DNA of 63,317 nucleotides, filler included, from Trichomonas gallinae (Eukaryota), in the NCBI GenBank assembly GCA_008369845.1. It is 3 parts of 3 records of this genome, joined end to end, with 100 filler letters (N's around TTAATTAATTAA, not from the genome) between each part and the next. Parts side by side here need not be neighbours in the genome. Positions count along the whole stretch, not along the records: positions 1 to 20,862 come from MRSU01001393.1; 2 more parts are not named here. One strand, 5' to 3'. The translations under genes and the position numbers were made by a program. Positions 1 to 12,600 of the stretch are shown here, piece by piece; the stretch's first letter is position 1; each line of letters starts with the position of its first letter. The notes under the pieces were generated by a model, which did no database searches, was not told the origin of the DNA, and saw only the letters and a list, made by a program, of their open reading frames with translations.

Positions 1-45
1 TAGCTAATGCTCGACTATGAGGCGTTAGGAAGCAAACAAGTATAA

Positions 46-291
46 AAATGTAAACTATTCAAACCTACCCCCTTAAAGAAGCAAAAGAAGGCAAAAAGGT
101 CTGCTTTAAAGAAAGCAAAGGCTTCATTAAAGAAGGCGGAAAAAGCTGCAAAGAAATCACTCAAGAAAAACAAAAATCAAATAAAAGAAGAAACAATTGA
201 TGCTGAAAAGATTGAACAACAACAAACTGAAACCATTGAAGAAACACAACCTGCTGAAGAGGTTGCTACCGAAAATAAGGAAGAACTTTGA
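46..291 (+). pseudogene. Lys/Glu-rich 3' coding remnant of an upstream gene
   Basis: Frame 1 reads KPTPLKKQKKAKRSALKKAK...TIEETQPAEEVATENKEEL to TGA at 289-291. It is preceded by an in-frame TAA at 43-45, and all three forward frames have stops within the first 80 nt. Confidence 0.3.
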
Positions 292-649
292 AAGGTATTT
301 GAAATTTCCTGCAACTTAGACTCAGATCTTTTTTAGCTCGAGTATTAACATGGTAAAGTTTATATTTTAACAAAATTGACTTCTATTATTTGCAATATTT
401 TTCATTTGAAATTAAAATCATCTAAATGATTTGATATTTAGCATAAATCTATTTCTTTCAAGTCAAAATTAGTATTATTAGATTTTGGTGAATTTTTATG
501 ATAAGTAATTTTTATCAATTTATTTTCATTTATCTAATTAATTTTAATCAAATTATTTTTGCTTTGATGGTTTGATTGTTTGAAATTTAAAAGAAATTTC
601 GATTAAAATATATAAATCTATAAATACTTTATTAAAAATATATAAAACA

Positions 650-3600
650 TTATTGTGATGCGTTTGCTAAGTCGAACCACTGCCTGAGTGCATCAGAGAG
701 CCTCTCAGGAAGGGCCGCTGGGTCTCTTATAAGTACATAGAATGGGAATGGGAAGTCATCAAGATATCTCTTGAAGATTCCCTTTCCGTTCTCGAATATA
801 TATGACTTCATGTCTAATATGCTGCTTCTCTCCTTCGTCTGGCTGTCGATGATGACGAAGACTATGAGAAGCTTTCTCAGCTGTGCTTGGATAATCAACT
901 CTCTGACTCTGTCTTTGTTGGAGAACATGCCGTCAGAAATGATGAAGCACAACTGCATTGCGTTTCCTTTGTTTTCACTCTCGAAGTAGTTCACTGTCTT
1001 CTCGAGTAATTTGTCGATGGCTGTTGACTGTTCATCGAAGCTGAATGCGTTGATCATTGCTGCACCTGATTCTTCGCTCCACTGAGCGCCAAGTTTGTGG
1101 ACGATTTTCGCGTCTTCACCGAATCTTGTTACGCAAAGATCGCCGATGCCTAACAGTGTCAAAGCCTGAGTGATCAAGCAGACAGACTTGATTGCGAGCG
1201 CGCCGGATCTTCCAGCCATTGATGCACTGTTATCGATAGCGAGCATGACTTGGTAGTTTCTTTGATCTGGCTGGACTCTTCTCATCCATATCTTGTCCTT
1301 TCTGAAGCCCGACGCGATGAATGGGATGATCTTTCTCATGTTCAAACGCTTGCCTGTCCTGAAGTCGCCTTTCATCTTAGCAGCAACTGTGGCTTCCAAG
1401 ACTAATCTGAGCTGCTCGCAGAGCTCTGCAGCGCTGTCGTGAGTGTCGTTGACTTCAGCGAGCCAGTGTGAGCGGGCTTCCTCTGTTGCCTGGTTGTTCT
1501 CAAGCATTGTTATTGAGTCTGTGTTGACTTTAGTTGTTTCTCCTTCGACTGTCTTGAAGTTCATTGATGTTCTGTCTGCATTTTCTTCGTCTTCACCCTC
1601 TTTCTGCAATGGCTCCAAGAATTCGCCTTCTTCTTGTTCACCTGGCGCTGCTGCTTTGTTCTCTTCATCGTCGTTCTTGTTTTCGTCTTCTTCTGGCCTG
1701 TCTGGAATTTCTTGTGCGTCTTCTGCTGGAAGGACAACTCCTTCTGTTCCATCTTCATCTCTCTGGCCTCCTTCGTCGCCATCTTGGACATCGCCTTCAA
1801 GGATCTTCTTGTTAACGATTTCAAGTTGTTTCTCGATTTCTTTCATCTGCTTTTCTTGGATCTTTTCTTCTGTTACTTCTTCTTCCTCGTTTTCTGCTTT
1901 GTCTTCTCCTCCTTCTCCATCTTCTCCTGCGCCATTGGATTCGCCTTTGCCACCACCTTCGATATCTTCTTGTTCGTTGTTGTCTTCTTCTTCAGCGTTG
2001 GCTTTATCTTGTGCTGTCATTCCTTCGAACAAATCTGGCTCTTCTTCAATATCAGGTGGCCTTTCTTCGACGACTGTTTCGTTTGTTTCTTCTTCTTCGG
2101 CTTCTGGATTTCCTTCGAGCATCCTGTCATCGTCTTCTGGCATCTCGATCTTCTCTGGTTCTTCGTCCCATTGAGCAGCATCGCTTTCGAATTCGTCTTC
2201 TTGCTCGCTCATTGAGATTTCGCCTGACTGTTTGTCGTCGTCTTCAGGCGGATTGTCAGATATTTCGTCTGGTTCATCTTCAGGTTGTTCTTGGTCTTGT
2301 ACTGTGTTCTCCTTTGTTGTCTCTTTTTCGATATCTGCTTCTTTGTCTGCGCGATTTGTATCGTCCGTTGCATTCCTTTCGTTGACGTTTTCGCCATCCT
2401 TCGTTTCGCCCATTTCATCGTCCATTTGTTCTTCTTCTTCGTGAGCTGAAACATCTGGAGCGTCTTCTGGCATGTCTGGCTCAACCTCGAAGCCTCCTTC
2501 TCTGTCGACTTCGTCTTCATCTTGTTTGTCTTCGTTCGTGTTGACGTTATCACCGAGAAGTTGGTCTTCGTCTTCGATTTCGTTCGTGATGTCTTGATCA
2601 CCGACACCTTCACCGAGGCCGACGCCATCCTGGCCTTCTTCCTGCTTAGGCTCATTATCCTGCTTGTTGTCATCGCTCTCGCCATAACCATCAAGCATTG
2701 CGACGAGGATCTGCTTCATTATTGCGACAGTGAATCTCGCGTGTCCGAGATGAGTCAACAATTTCTCAGACTCAACTTTCTGCTCTGTTGGCTGGACGAA
2801 GCCTTCGTAGGACTGAATGATTGGAATAGCGCGGTCGATGAACATCAGGATTGACATGTGAACATAGTTGCTCTCCAAAACTTCTCTGATCTGGCCCAAA
2901 ACTTTGACGCAGTCTGTGATTGGAAGTGGAGTAAGTTTCGCGTATGACTCAAGCTGAGCAACTTTCTCAGAGACAGCATTATTTTCGTCGATGATTGAGA
3001 ACGATTTAAGGATTGTTGTGACCTGGTTGAAGACGAATAATGGACCGTCTACATATAATGTTGGCTCAATTGAAAGTTCTCTGCGCTCGTGGATGAGTTT
3101 GATGACCAAGTTCTCGCAGAAGCCTTTGTAGTACTCGCTTTCTTCTGGTCTGATGTCTAAGTGACATTCTGGGGCGAGTTTTCTGATCTTTGTCAACAAT
3201 GACAAAGCCTGGCCGAACAAGTCATTGACTGCAGAGAACTGCTCGCCGTAAAGTGTTGGATTAAGGAACAAGTGAAGTGGTGATGAGTTATCGTGTCTGT
3301 CCTGGTTGTTGTCTGCTTGAACGTTGAGCTCTGTGTTTGCGTAGATTCTCGCGTTGTAGATTCTGAGTCTGATCTTCTCGTTTTGGTTGAAGAGCTGGTC
3401 CGTGATTTCGTCTATCGGGGTATTTCTCGAGTGAGCCACTCCTTGTTGTCTGATCATTGTCTCTGTGAACTGGTCGAGCATCAATCTGAATATTGGCTTG
3501 ATGATTTCCATATGTTCCTGGCAGTACTTGTTCAACTGGCGCTTGACTGTGTCGATTTTGAGCATGTGCTTCTTGTCTGAGTCTGTGTCCCACTTTTGAA

Positions 3601-6600
3601 GGGACATGTATTCCTTCATCTTCTTGTCTAATGGGATCAACTCTTGTGCGATATACTGTTCGATTATTGGCAAATAAGCACGGAACTTTGTGACTAGGTT
3701 GATCAACATTGTGAAAACTCTGTCGCCTATGACATATCTCTTTGAATAGAGAGCAAATGCTTCCAATAAATCGAGATTTGTCTTGAGAACTCCAACGCTC
3801 GATGTGTCGATGAAATCAACAACCAAAGCGAAGAAGTCTCCAATGTTTTCTTCATCTGTTCTCAAGAACTGTTCTAAGATTGTGTAGAATGATCTGCCAA
3901 CGTTTTGTTGTAATCTTGTTCTTCTGTTTTCGAACAAAATCTTCCATGACTCCAATCTCATTTGCAGCCACTTGTTGGCGAGTTTAACGAGTGGAACTAG
4001 GACAGGTCCGAAGTCTCTGTCCTTGTATTGCCAAGTTCTGATCTCGTTCATCAAGATTTCTAGGTTGTTCAAGAACTCGATCAAAGGCAAGTTCGTTGGC
4101 ATGTTCAAGAGAACGTTTGCTGACTTGACGATGATGCGAAGCTGTTCGTGGCCTGGATATCTCTTCCAGACTTCAGTGACTAACTCGACAACCTTGTAAA
4201 CAACTTTGGCGAGTTCTTCCAAATCAGATGCAGATGATTTTTGATAGATGTTGATGTTTCTTTCGTTCTTTGCCTTCTTGTTTGTCATTCTGTGCAATAT
4301 CAATGGAAGATAAAGTAAATCGGATTCGATTGATGTTGATTCTGGCTGAAGAGATTTGACTTGCTTGTAGAACATGTCTAAAAGCTTGTTTGTCGAAATC
4401 TGTTCTGGCCTCAGCATTGAATCGACGAAATTCTTCGTGATAACATTCAAGACATCCTTCTTCTCTTTAGAGAACAATTCTTCGATTTGCTTCTCCTGTT
4501 TCTCTTCCTCTGAGATTGTCGAATAATCTGGGGCAAGTTCAGGGAAGTTCATTTCGATGTCAGGATGGACAACTTGAGTTGTGTGGCCAATAACAGAGAA
4601 TGTCAAAGCAGTATTGAGATCGTTTGTCGACTGGAATAATGTCGTCAACAAATCTTTGGCTGTGAATGGGAATGGAAGATTGATCATGTCTTGTGGATGA
4701 TCCATTGTCAAGCCAAATGAAACTTCTCTAAGTGTTGTGACAATAGGAACTGTTATGTCTCTGTAGAGTGGGAATTGCCTCAACAATGATGTGGCTGATT
4801 CATCGATGGATCTAGCAATCTCTGATGTTGCATCTGCTCTAACAACTCCTCCGATTCTTTCTATGATGGACTTCACTTTAGCGAATTCGTCTGTCTGTCC
4901 GCGATATTTGGATTTCTGCATTGACTTCTTGTTGATTGCGCCGAGTTCGTAGATTTCCTGGTCGTAGGCCTGGCAAATTGTGCTGTTCTCGTTTCCGATG
5001 CGAGATTTCATGATGTCTGATGTGACTTCTTTCTCCATTTCGAGATCAGCTTTGAGCTTGTCTGAAAGATTTGCGACAACCATGTGATAATATGAATCAT
5101 CGACTTCGGAAAGCGGCGAAATCAAGTTCCACTTGTTCAAGGCGAAATTCATGAATGATTTGTCGAAATCGTTGGCGTCAACTGGTGGAATTCCGAGTTT
5201 TTCAGCTTCTTTGTTGCATAAAGCTGTGAGTCTGAAGATCACGTCACGTTCGTGAACAGCAGGAATCTTCTTCAGCAATGCATAAAGAGATGTTGTGAGT
5301 TCTTTGTTGTGTGCTGTTTCCAAGAGGCTTGGATTTGTTCCCAAAACTGTGCCAACAGCTGGAAGACCTGGACCTGACAAAGCCTTGTTTGACATGTGGA
5401 AGATTATCTCGAACAAAGCGAATACTAAGTCTGTGAACGAATGAGTCTTGTTGTAGCTGTCAATAATAGCGACAATGTCCAACATAACTGCATAAGTCTT
5501 CGGTAACTTGATTGGATTTCCGCTCAAAACGCAGTCGATGACATGCAAGAAAACAGAGTGAAGAGAGATCTCCTGGAGATGTTCACTTGGGAACGGTGTA
5601 GATAATTGTACAGTTGTCGATTGAAGTCTCGTTTCACTCATTTCTTCGATTTCGTCCATGAATGTCAAAACAACTTCTTTAGGAAGCGCGCAGCTCTTCA
5701 AGCTCTGCAAAATAGAAGAAAGGTCTTCGCAGTGGACTTGAGATTGAACTAACTTTGATAATAACTGGACAATGTTGGTTGATTGCTTGTAGAAACCGGC
5801 ATCGCTTTGCTGCAACAAGTTCTGCCAGTATTTGTTGATCTCGTTCCATAAATTGAAGGCTTGTGCTGTCTTGAAAGTGAATGGCTCGCCAATTGAATAT
5901 CTAGCGTGTTTTGCAGCCTTTGCACTCTGAGGAACTAAAATGTTTGCGACTTGATCTAAATGCGGGATTTCGAGATTTCCACGCTTGAACAATGCCCTGA
6001 TGAATCTCAATATCGGCAATGAGTTCTCTCTTGTCTTGTTCAAGTAATCGATGACTCTCAATGGCAACAAGTGGTACTTAGAAACATTGTCATTGTCAGC
6101 TGCGTTCTTCACCATCGAGATGAACTCGTTATACAAAGCAGGAATTAATGTTGATAATTCCATCTGAATCTGGACGGAAGAAACATCATTGACATCATTT
6201 GCATCCAAATTCAGTGTCATCAACAAATACAGAGCTGTGAATGTCAATGACTCTTGTGGATCTGGCCAAAGTGTCTTATCTAGAGGAAGATCTTCGACGT
6301 AATGAGCGAGTTCGAAGTTTCTCAGTGCTTGCATGATGAATGAAACTTTCGGCCACTGCTCAGTGAAGATGCATCTTGCGTCTAAATCATTTTGTCTTGT
6401 GCTACCTGCGAAGAATTTGATGGCTGCGTTGTTTTCTGGATTAACTTGGAGCAAATATGAAGCATCGTAGAAAATTGTCTGCATTGTTGTGTTTGTGACT
6501 GGTCTGAAGATATATGTTGAAAGAACTTTGTCGTTTGAAACAAATTTGGTTAATGATGAATTCGATCTTGTCATTGCTCTGCTTTCTTCGTCAGTAATAT

Positions 6601-9600
6601 TCTCTGTTAACTGGCAGTGAGCGATGTTGAAGTGTGCAGCATCTGGTCCTAATTGAGCAACAGCAGCTTGTTCTTTGAACGTCTTGAAAGAGACCATGTT
6701 CCATGCAGATAATGTTCTTAAGTCGTTATCCGTGCATTCTTCCTTCATCATCTGGAGGAACTCTTCACCGTTTTCGCCTGCCAATGCTCTGCATTCATCT
6801 TCAAGAAGCTTGTCATCGCTGAGCCTTTCGTAGTAGCTCTGGAGATAAATTTCGATGGCTCTGTTTCTCATGGCTCTTGAAATGTCGCCTGATTTAGGAT
6901 CAACAGTCATGAACAGTCTGAAGTTTTCGTGCGGATATATGACTTCAATGTCGTCGTTGACTAAACCTCTTTCGTTTAATGAGATGTAGCCACCTGGCTC
7001 GCAAAGAGGATTGAGTCTATCCAAGACAGCTGGAGGACAAAGGTTTGCATTATCGATAATAATCCACCAACCGTTTCTCATGGCTTGAAGCAATAAACCA
7101 TCAACCCACTCGAATCTTCCCGGATCGTTTGATCTCAAGATCAACTGCTCAGCTTCTCTGATGATATCTTCTGGGAAAATGTTTGCGTTTGCAACGATGA
7201 AATCGTGCAATTCAGCTGGTTCGGTGATGCGCTCGAAATTGCTGAGTGTTTCAGCAGTGAACTGTCTGTTGAATCTGATTTTATTTCTCAGTTGCTCGAA
7301 GCATCTGTGGTTATCCATCTGCTCGAAGCCACCAAGTAATTCTGTTGTATCGACTGAGCTGTTCATTGAGAATTCAACGAGCTTGCGGCCGATGATGTGC
7401 GCAGCAATTCTTACCAAAGAAGATTTAGCTGTGGCTGTTGTACCGACAATGAGGCCTGGCCAATGCATCCTTGCGCACATGAAGATTGTCTCTAAAGGTC
7501 TGATCAAAGCTGGATGCAAAACAATGCTTGATGGAGCACATGTACCTTCTCTTTCTATTATAATGTCACCGACTCTTACTGTTGATGGCGAGAGCAAAAG
7601 AGGAGTTGGTAAAGTTGAAAATTCTCCAAATTCGTTGAATGCAATGTTAAGAACTGTTTCTCTGTGTTTCTTTGTTCTCAAGCGTTGAATGAACAACTGC
7701 TGGAGAGCTTTTGTTGGTTGAATATGAGCTGAAATGATCATCTCGCACCATCTGAAGACATCTCTCAAGTTGAATTCGAATTCGAGCTTGAGTTCATTCA
7801 ACTGTCTGATGAATTTGATCATTTTCAATCTTAAATCTTCTGAAATCATCGGATAAGATTTTTCGATGATGAAGCCGAAATCTTCTGCTGTGAGTTCTTC
7901 GACGTAAACTCTTGTGAATCTGTTCAAGAAAGATCTTGGGAGGCATTTACGGCCACCACCGCCAGCAGCTGGGTTCTGGCAGCCGAAAATTCTGAAATTC
8001 GGATGGCACTTGTACTCTTGCCCTAATTCTGGGACGAACAAACTTGCTCTGTGGTCCAAGCAAGAGTTCAAACCTTCAAGGACAGACTGTGAAGCTAAGT
8101 TGAGCTCATCCAAAATTACCCAGTCGCCGTTCTTTAATGCCGTGAGGAATGCACCGTCTCTCCAAGCGAATGCGCCGCTCTTTCCGTTTTCTACTGGTAA
8201 TTCACTGCCGACTAAATCCAACATCTCTGTGTGCTCGCTCAAATTGATTCTTACGACATTGAATCCCAAAGCTTTTCCGAGTGATGCGACTAATGATGTT
8301 TTGCCGACACCTGGTGGACCTTCAATCAAAACAGGGATCCTCATTTGAAGGGCTCTTGCGACCCTCAGCAAGTTCTGTGATGTTGTTGGTGCTGAGAAAA
8401 TGAAGTTAGTCTTCCTGTCTTCGGAATTTTCATTCATCGACAAAGTGAACTGGCCGATGTTCATTGTCTTGTCGTCCATTTGTACTTCATGAGAGAATGT
8501 TCCCAGTGGCTCTGAGCACTGAAGGTTGTTGTCTTCTAACTGTTTGGATAAGAATAAAATGAAATCATGTCTGAAATTGTTGAAAACACAATCAATGAAA
8601 ACCATGAATGCGCCGTGTACATAAGCATCAGCGAATGATGTTCCCTGCGAAACTCTGCTGTCGACAAATCTGATCCACTGTAGAACATCTCTCAAAGAAA
8701 TGTTCATCAACGACTTGGATAATCCGGTGTAATACCTAACGAACTTCAAGAACATTTCGCCATGTTCTTTCGTGATTTCGTTCTTCGAGTTCGCGGCAAG
8801 AATTTCGAGTAAATCGCTGTCTGAGTCAATGGAAGGAACCCAGATTTCTGTGAATCTGTTCCTCAATGATGGAGAAAGTTCGCGCTTACCATAATCACCG
8901 CCAGGATTCATTGTAGCGATGAAGACGAAATCTTCGTGAGCTTTGATGACTTCGTATTCTGGTTTCTCAGCAATTGCGAGCAATCTCGATGGCTCTAGAA
9001 CAGAGTTCAAACGTTCTAAAGCTGAATCTTGTGCCAAAGAGATTTCATCCATAAGGTAAACATCGCCATTTCTCATTGCATCGACTAATGAACCGTCAAC
9101 CCATTCGAATAAATGCTCACTGTTTGCTCTGGCTGGTCTCATTGCACCCAAGAAGTCGGATGTTTCTGTGTGCTGATGGCAGTTGAGAATTCTGAGTCTT
9201 CTGCCAAGAGCTGCAGCTATAACTTGGACGGCTGTAGTTTTACCTGTACCTGTTTCACCGACTAAAAGTGCTGGCTCTTTGTTCTTGATGCATCTCATTA
9301 ACAAATCGACCGATCTCTTCATTCCCGATGTCCAGACGATGTCGAAGTCCAGATTTACTTCTGGAACCTGGAAGTCGTGAATCACTGGCGCGCCTTTGCA
9401 CATCTTGGAGATAACTTCCTTCATTATGTTCCTTTCTTCTGGAGTTCTAAGTCTTTCGCCGAGTAAAGCAAAGCCTTCGTCAGCGACTTCTTCCCATGTT
9501 GACGGTTTTCTGTTGGCCCATCTCAGCAAGTCTCTCACTGTCAAGAAAGAATGTTTGCCTGCGAAAACTTGCGTGAACTGTCTGATATGTCTTAACTCCA

Positions 9601-12600
9601 AAAATGTGTCGACCATAGCTTTGGCGAAACTTGGTGCCATGTGGCATCTTTCGACCAAAATTGTGTTAAGTTCTTTAGGAGCAATTTCGTCGATGTGTAA
9701 TTCGATGAATCTGCCTCTGAAGGCTCTTGAGAGTTGTTTTCTGCCACCGTAAACACCAGGAGGGTTCTGTGTTGCGAATAATTGGAATCCATCTGCTGGT
9801 CTGACAACTGTTTGTGTTTCAGCGACGAATAATTCGTTGTTTTGATCCAAAAGTCTGTTTAATGCTTCCAAAACATCAGATGGGGCAAGGTTGAGTTCAT
9901 CTAAAACAACCCAAGCACCTGCTCTGACTGCTCTTACTAATGCGCCTTCAATGAATTCGAATTTGCCTGATTCTGTCGTTGCATATCCACCGATGTACTC
10001 TGAAATGTCAGTGTGTTCGTGGTTGTTGATTCTCACGAACTCGTGGCCAGTAATATCTGCAAGATACTCAACGATAGATGTTTTACCTGATGATGTAGGA
10101 CCCTGCAGAAGAATGGGATTGTTTCCTAAGAATGTTGCTTGAGCCAGTGATCTTAAATGCATCTTCGCTGTGTCTGTTAAGATAAAGTCTGGACGTTCTT
10201 TGACAGGAAGTGGGCCTTTCTTGATCAAGAAGCCTTCAACTTCTATAAAATCAGGGTCAACAACTTTTGTTGCGTTGAATGCTGCATTTTTAGTGTCAAT
10301 TTTTTGCTCTAAGACTGGAATCAATCTTTCGGCTGAATCCGGACTCAAAGGAGAAACGAAAGACAGATAAAGAGCATCGTAACAAGCTCTTGGAGATCCG
10401 AAGTACTTCTCTGCCTTGTTCATGTAAAGAATTGAGCGTGTTAAAGCTCTTAAAGTGTATAAAATTCTTCTGCCTGAGCCATCAGTTAAAACTGTTTTTG
10501 ACATTTCTCTTGCTTTCGTGTAGAAGTCGTAGATTGTCTGGTGGAATCTTGTATTGACTCCTCTTGTCTCGAGGATGAGCTTGATGTCTGACTCAGAGCT
10601 AGTCTCGTCAGAATAAATAGAGACGAATTTGTGTATTAATGTTTCAGGAAGATTTGCTTTTCCGACGTCTGTTGCCGGGTTCATGCAGCAGATTAATCTG
10701 AAGTTTGGATGCGCGTGAAGTATCTCACCATTTGGTAATGTCAGTGTTCCATCTATTAAGGGAGCGAGAGCCAACAAAGTCTCAGGTGGTGCCAAGTTGA
10801 CTTCATCTAAAAGTATCCATTCACCAGTCCTGAAAGCTGTTGCCAAAGGACCTTCAACGAAACCGAAAGCGAAGTCTCTAGACAAGAAATCTGGTCTCGA
10901 AAGATATCCTTCTGCGTCTTTCTTGAGTTTTGTCCATATTTGTATCAAATTCTGATCTTCTGAACTCGTGACTTTTTGAAGAGCCATCATTGATACTTTA
11001 ATGATATATTTCAAAAACTCTGTCCATCTTTTATGCTGTTTTAATTCGTCGATTGTTGTGATTAACTGCGCATTTTTCTTCTTGGATAGTGTTTTTGAAA
11101 ATGCTTCCATGAATTTAGCGTAGAATGGTGTCATCATTTTTTCAAGATCAACTGGTTTAAAGCCGCCAATGATATCGAGAGTGTCCGACTGATGATGCAT
11201 GTTTATTACTGTGAATTTTGCGCCAACTGAAGCTGCGATGAACTGGACTAATGTTGTTTTACCTGTACCTGTCTCACCGACAAGAAGAACAGGCTCTTTC
11301 ATTGATAAAGCTCGTGCAACTGATTCCATATTATGAAGTGAGGTGAATGTGTAAGCGAATGAGGGGGATGGAATTGGATCTCCGAGGAAAGGAAGAGCAA
11401 CTGTGCCGATTTGAAATGGATTTGTGTTTAGTCTCGGCTTATTCAGCATTAAATAAGATTCTGCGTAATTTGGTGTTAAATTCCATCTTGAAGCTATTTT
11501 AATTGCGTTATCAAGTCTCTTTTGCTGGTCAGCAAGGTGAGAAACGAATGTGTCGACAGTTGTTTGGAACATTGCAATGTAAACCTCTTCAGAAACGGAT
11601 CCAGACTTAAGATTGAAGACTTCTAGTCTGCGGCAAAGCCTGAACAGCTCGTGATATGTCAATTTGCAGTCAATCCAAGAATATAAAATTCTATCTAAGA
11701 CATCTGCGAGTCCTGGATGCGCTGCTAAGACTGCTTCTCTGATGTTTTCTTCGCTGAGATAATCAATGCTAAGCTTTGTCCATAGAGAGCTTTCAATTGG
11801 TTTGAAACATGTAGCAAAGATTCTAGTATTGTATCCCATCTTAAGAGTTTCGCTTCTACCCGGGATGAAAAGCTTCTGTTCGCTGAGAAGTGGCTGGATA
11901 ATCGCTAAAACTTCTGAAGAAGCCATTTCAACTTGCTCAAGAACAATCCATCTTCTGTTTTCTCTAACGGCAGCAGTAAGTGGACCATCAAGCCAGCGGA
12001 ATTCACCCGGAATTTCACCACAAATGTAACCGCCAAGCAAAGATTTTGCATCAACAGCAGAACCTAAGTGTAATGATGTAATTTCAGTACCAGCAAGCTG
12101 AGCGAGATGCTGAATAATTGTAGATTTTCCGCTGCCAGCCGGGCCAACAACCATAACTGGCTTGTTTGTTAACATTGCAAGCGCTAATGAACGGGCATAT
12201 GGTGTATGTAGTATCGGATTATCGTTCGTATTCTCCTCGGCATCCATTGAGCGTAAGAATGGAACGCCTCTTACTGTTGTTGCGTATGTTGTTTCGTATT
12301 TCATTTCGCCATAGTTTTCTAACGCCAATATCTTTGTTGCGAAGTTCGATTCGATTGTGTAAAGACGAACTTGTGTTTCCAACGAGCATTTCTCGTTCAA
12401 AATCGTGTTTAATTCGACTTCTGCGAGATTTTGAAGGATAGCGATTATATTTGCTAAGTAAAAGTAAGACTCCTCAGATATTCCTTGCTCGAAAATGTGT
12501 AATAAGATACTTAACTGAATTTCGAATGAAGATCCGATTTTTGTTAGTAATCTGAATACAGCTTGAAGGAATTTTACTTCACCAATGTGCTTGGAAAACG

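Noticed and set aside
771..12441. Many short ORFs overlapping midasin, including Ser/Phe-rich antisense ORFs of 190-243 aa
   Set aside because: Shadows of the D/E-rich and codon-biased sense gene; no independent motifs.
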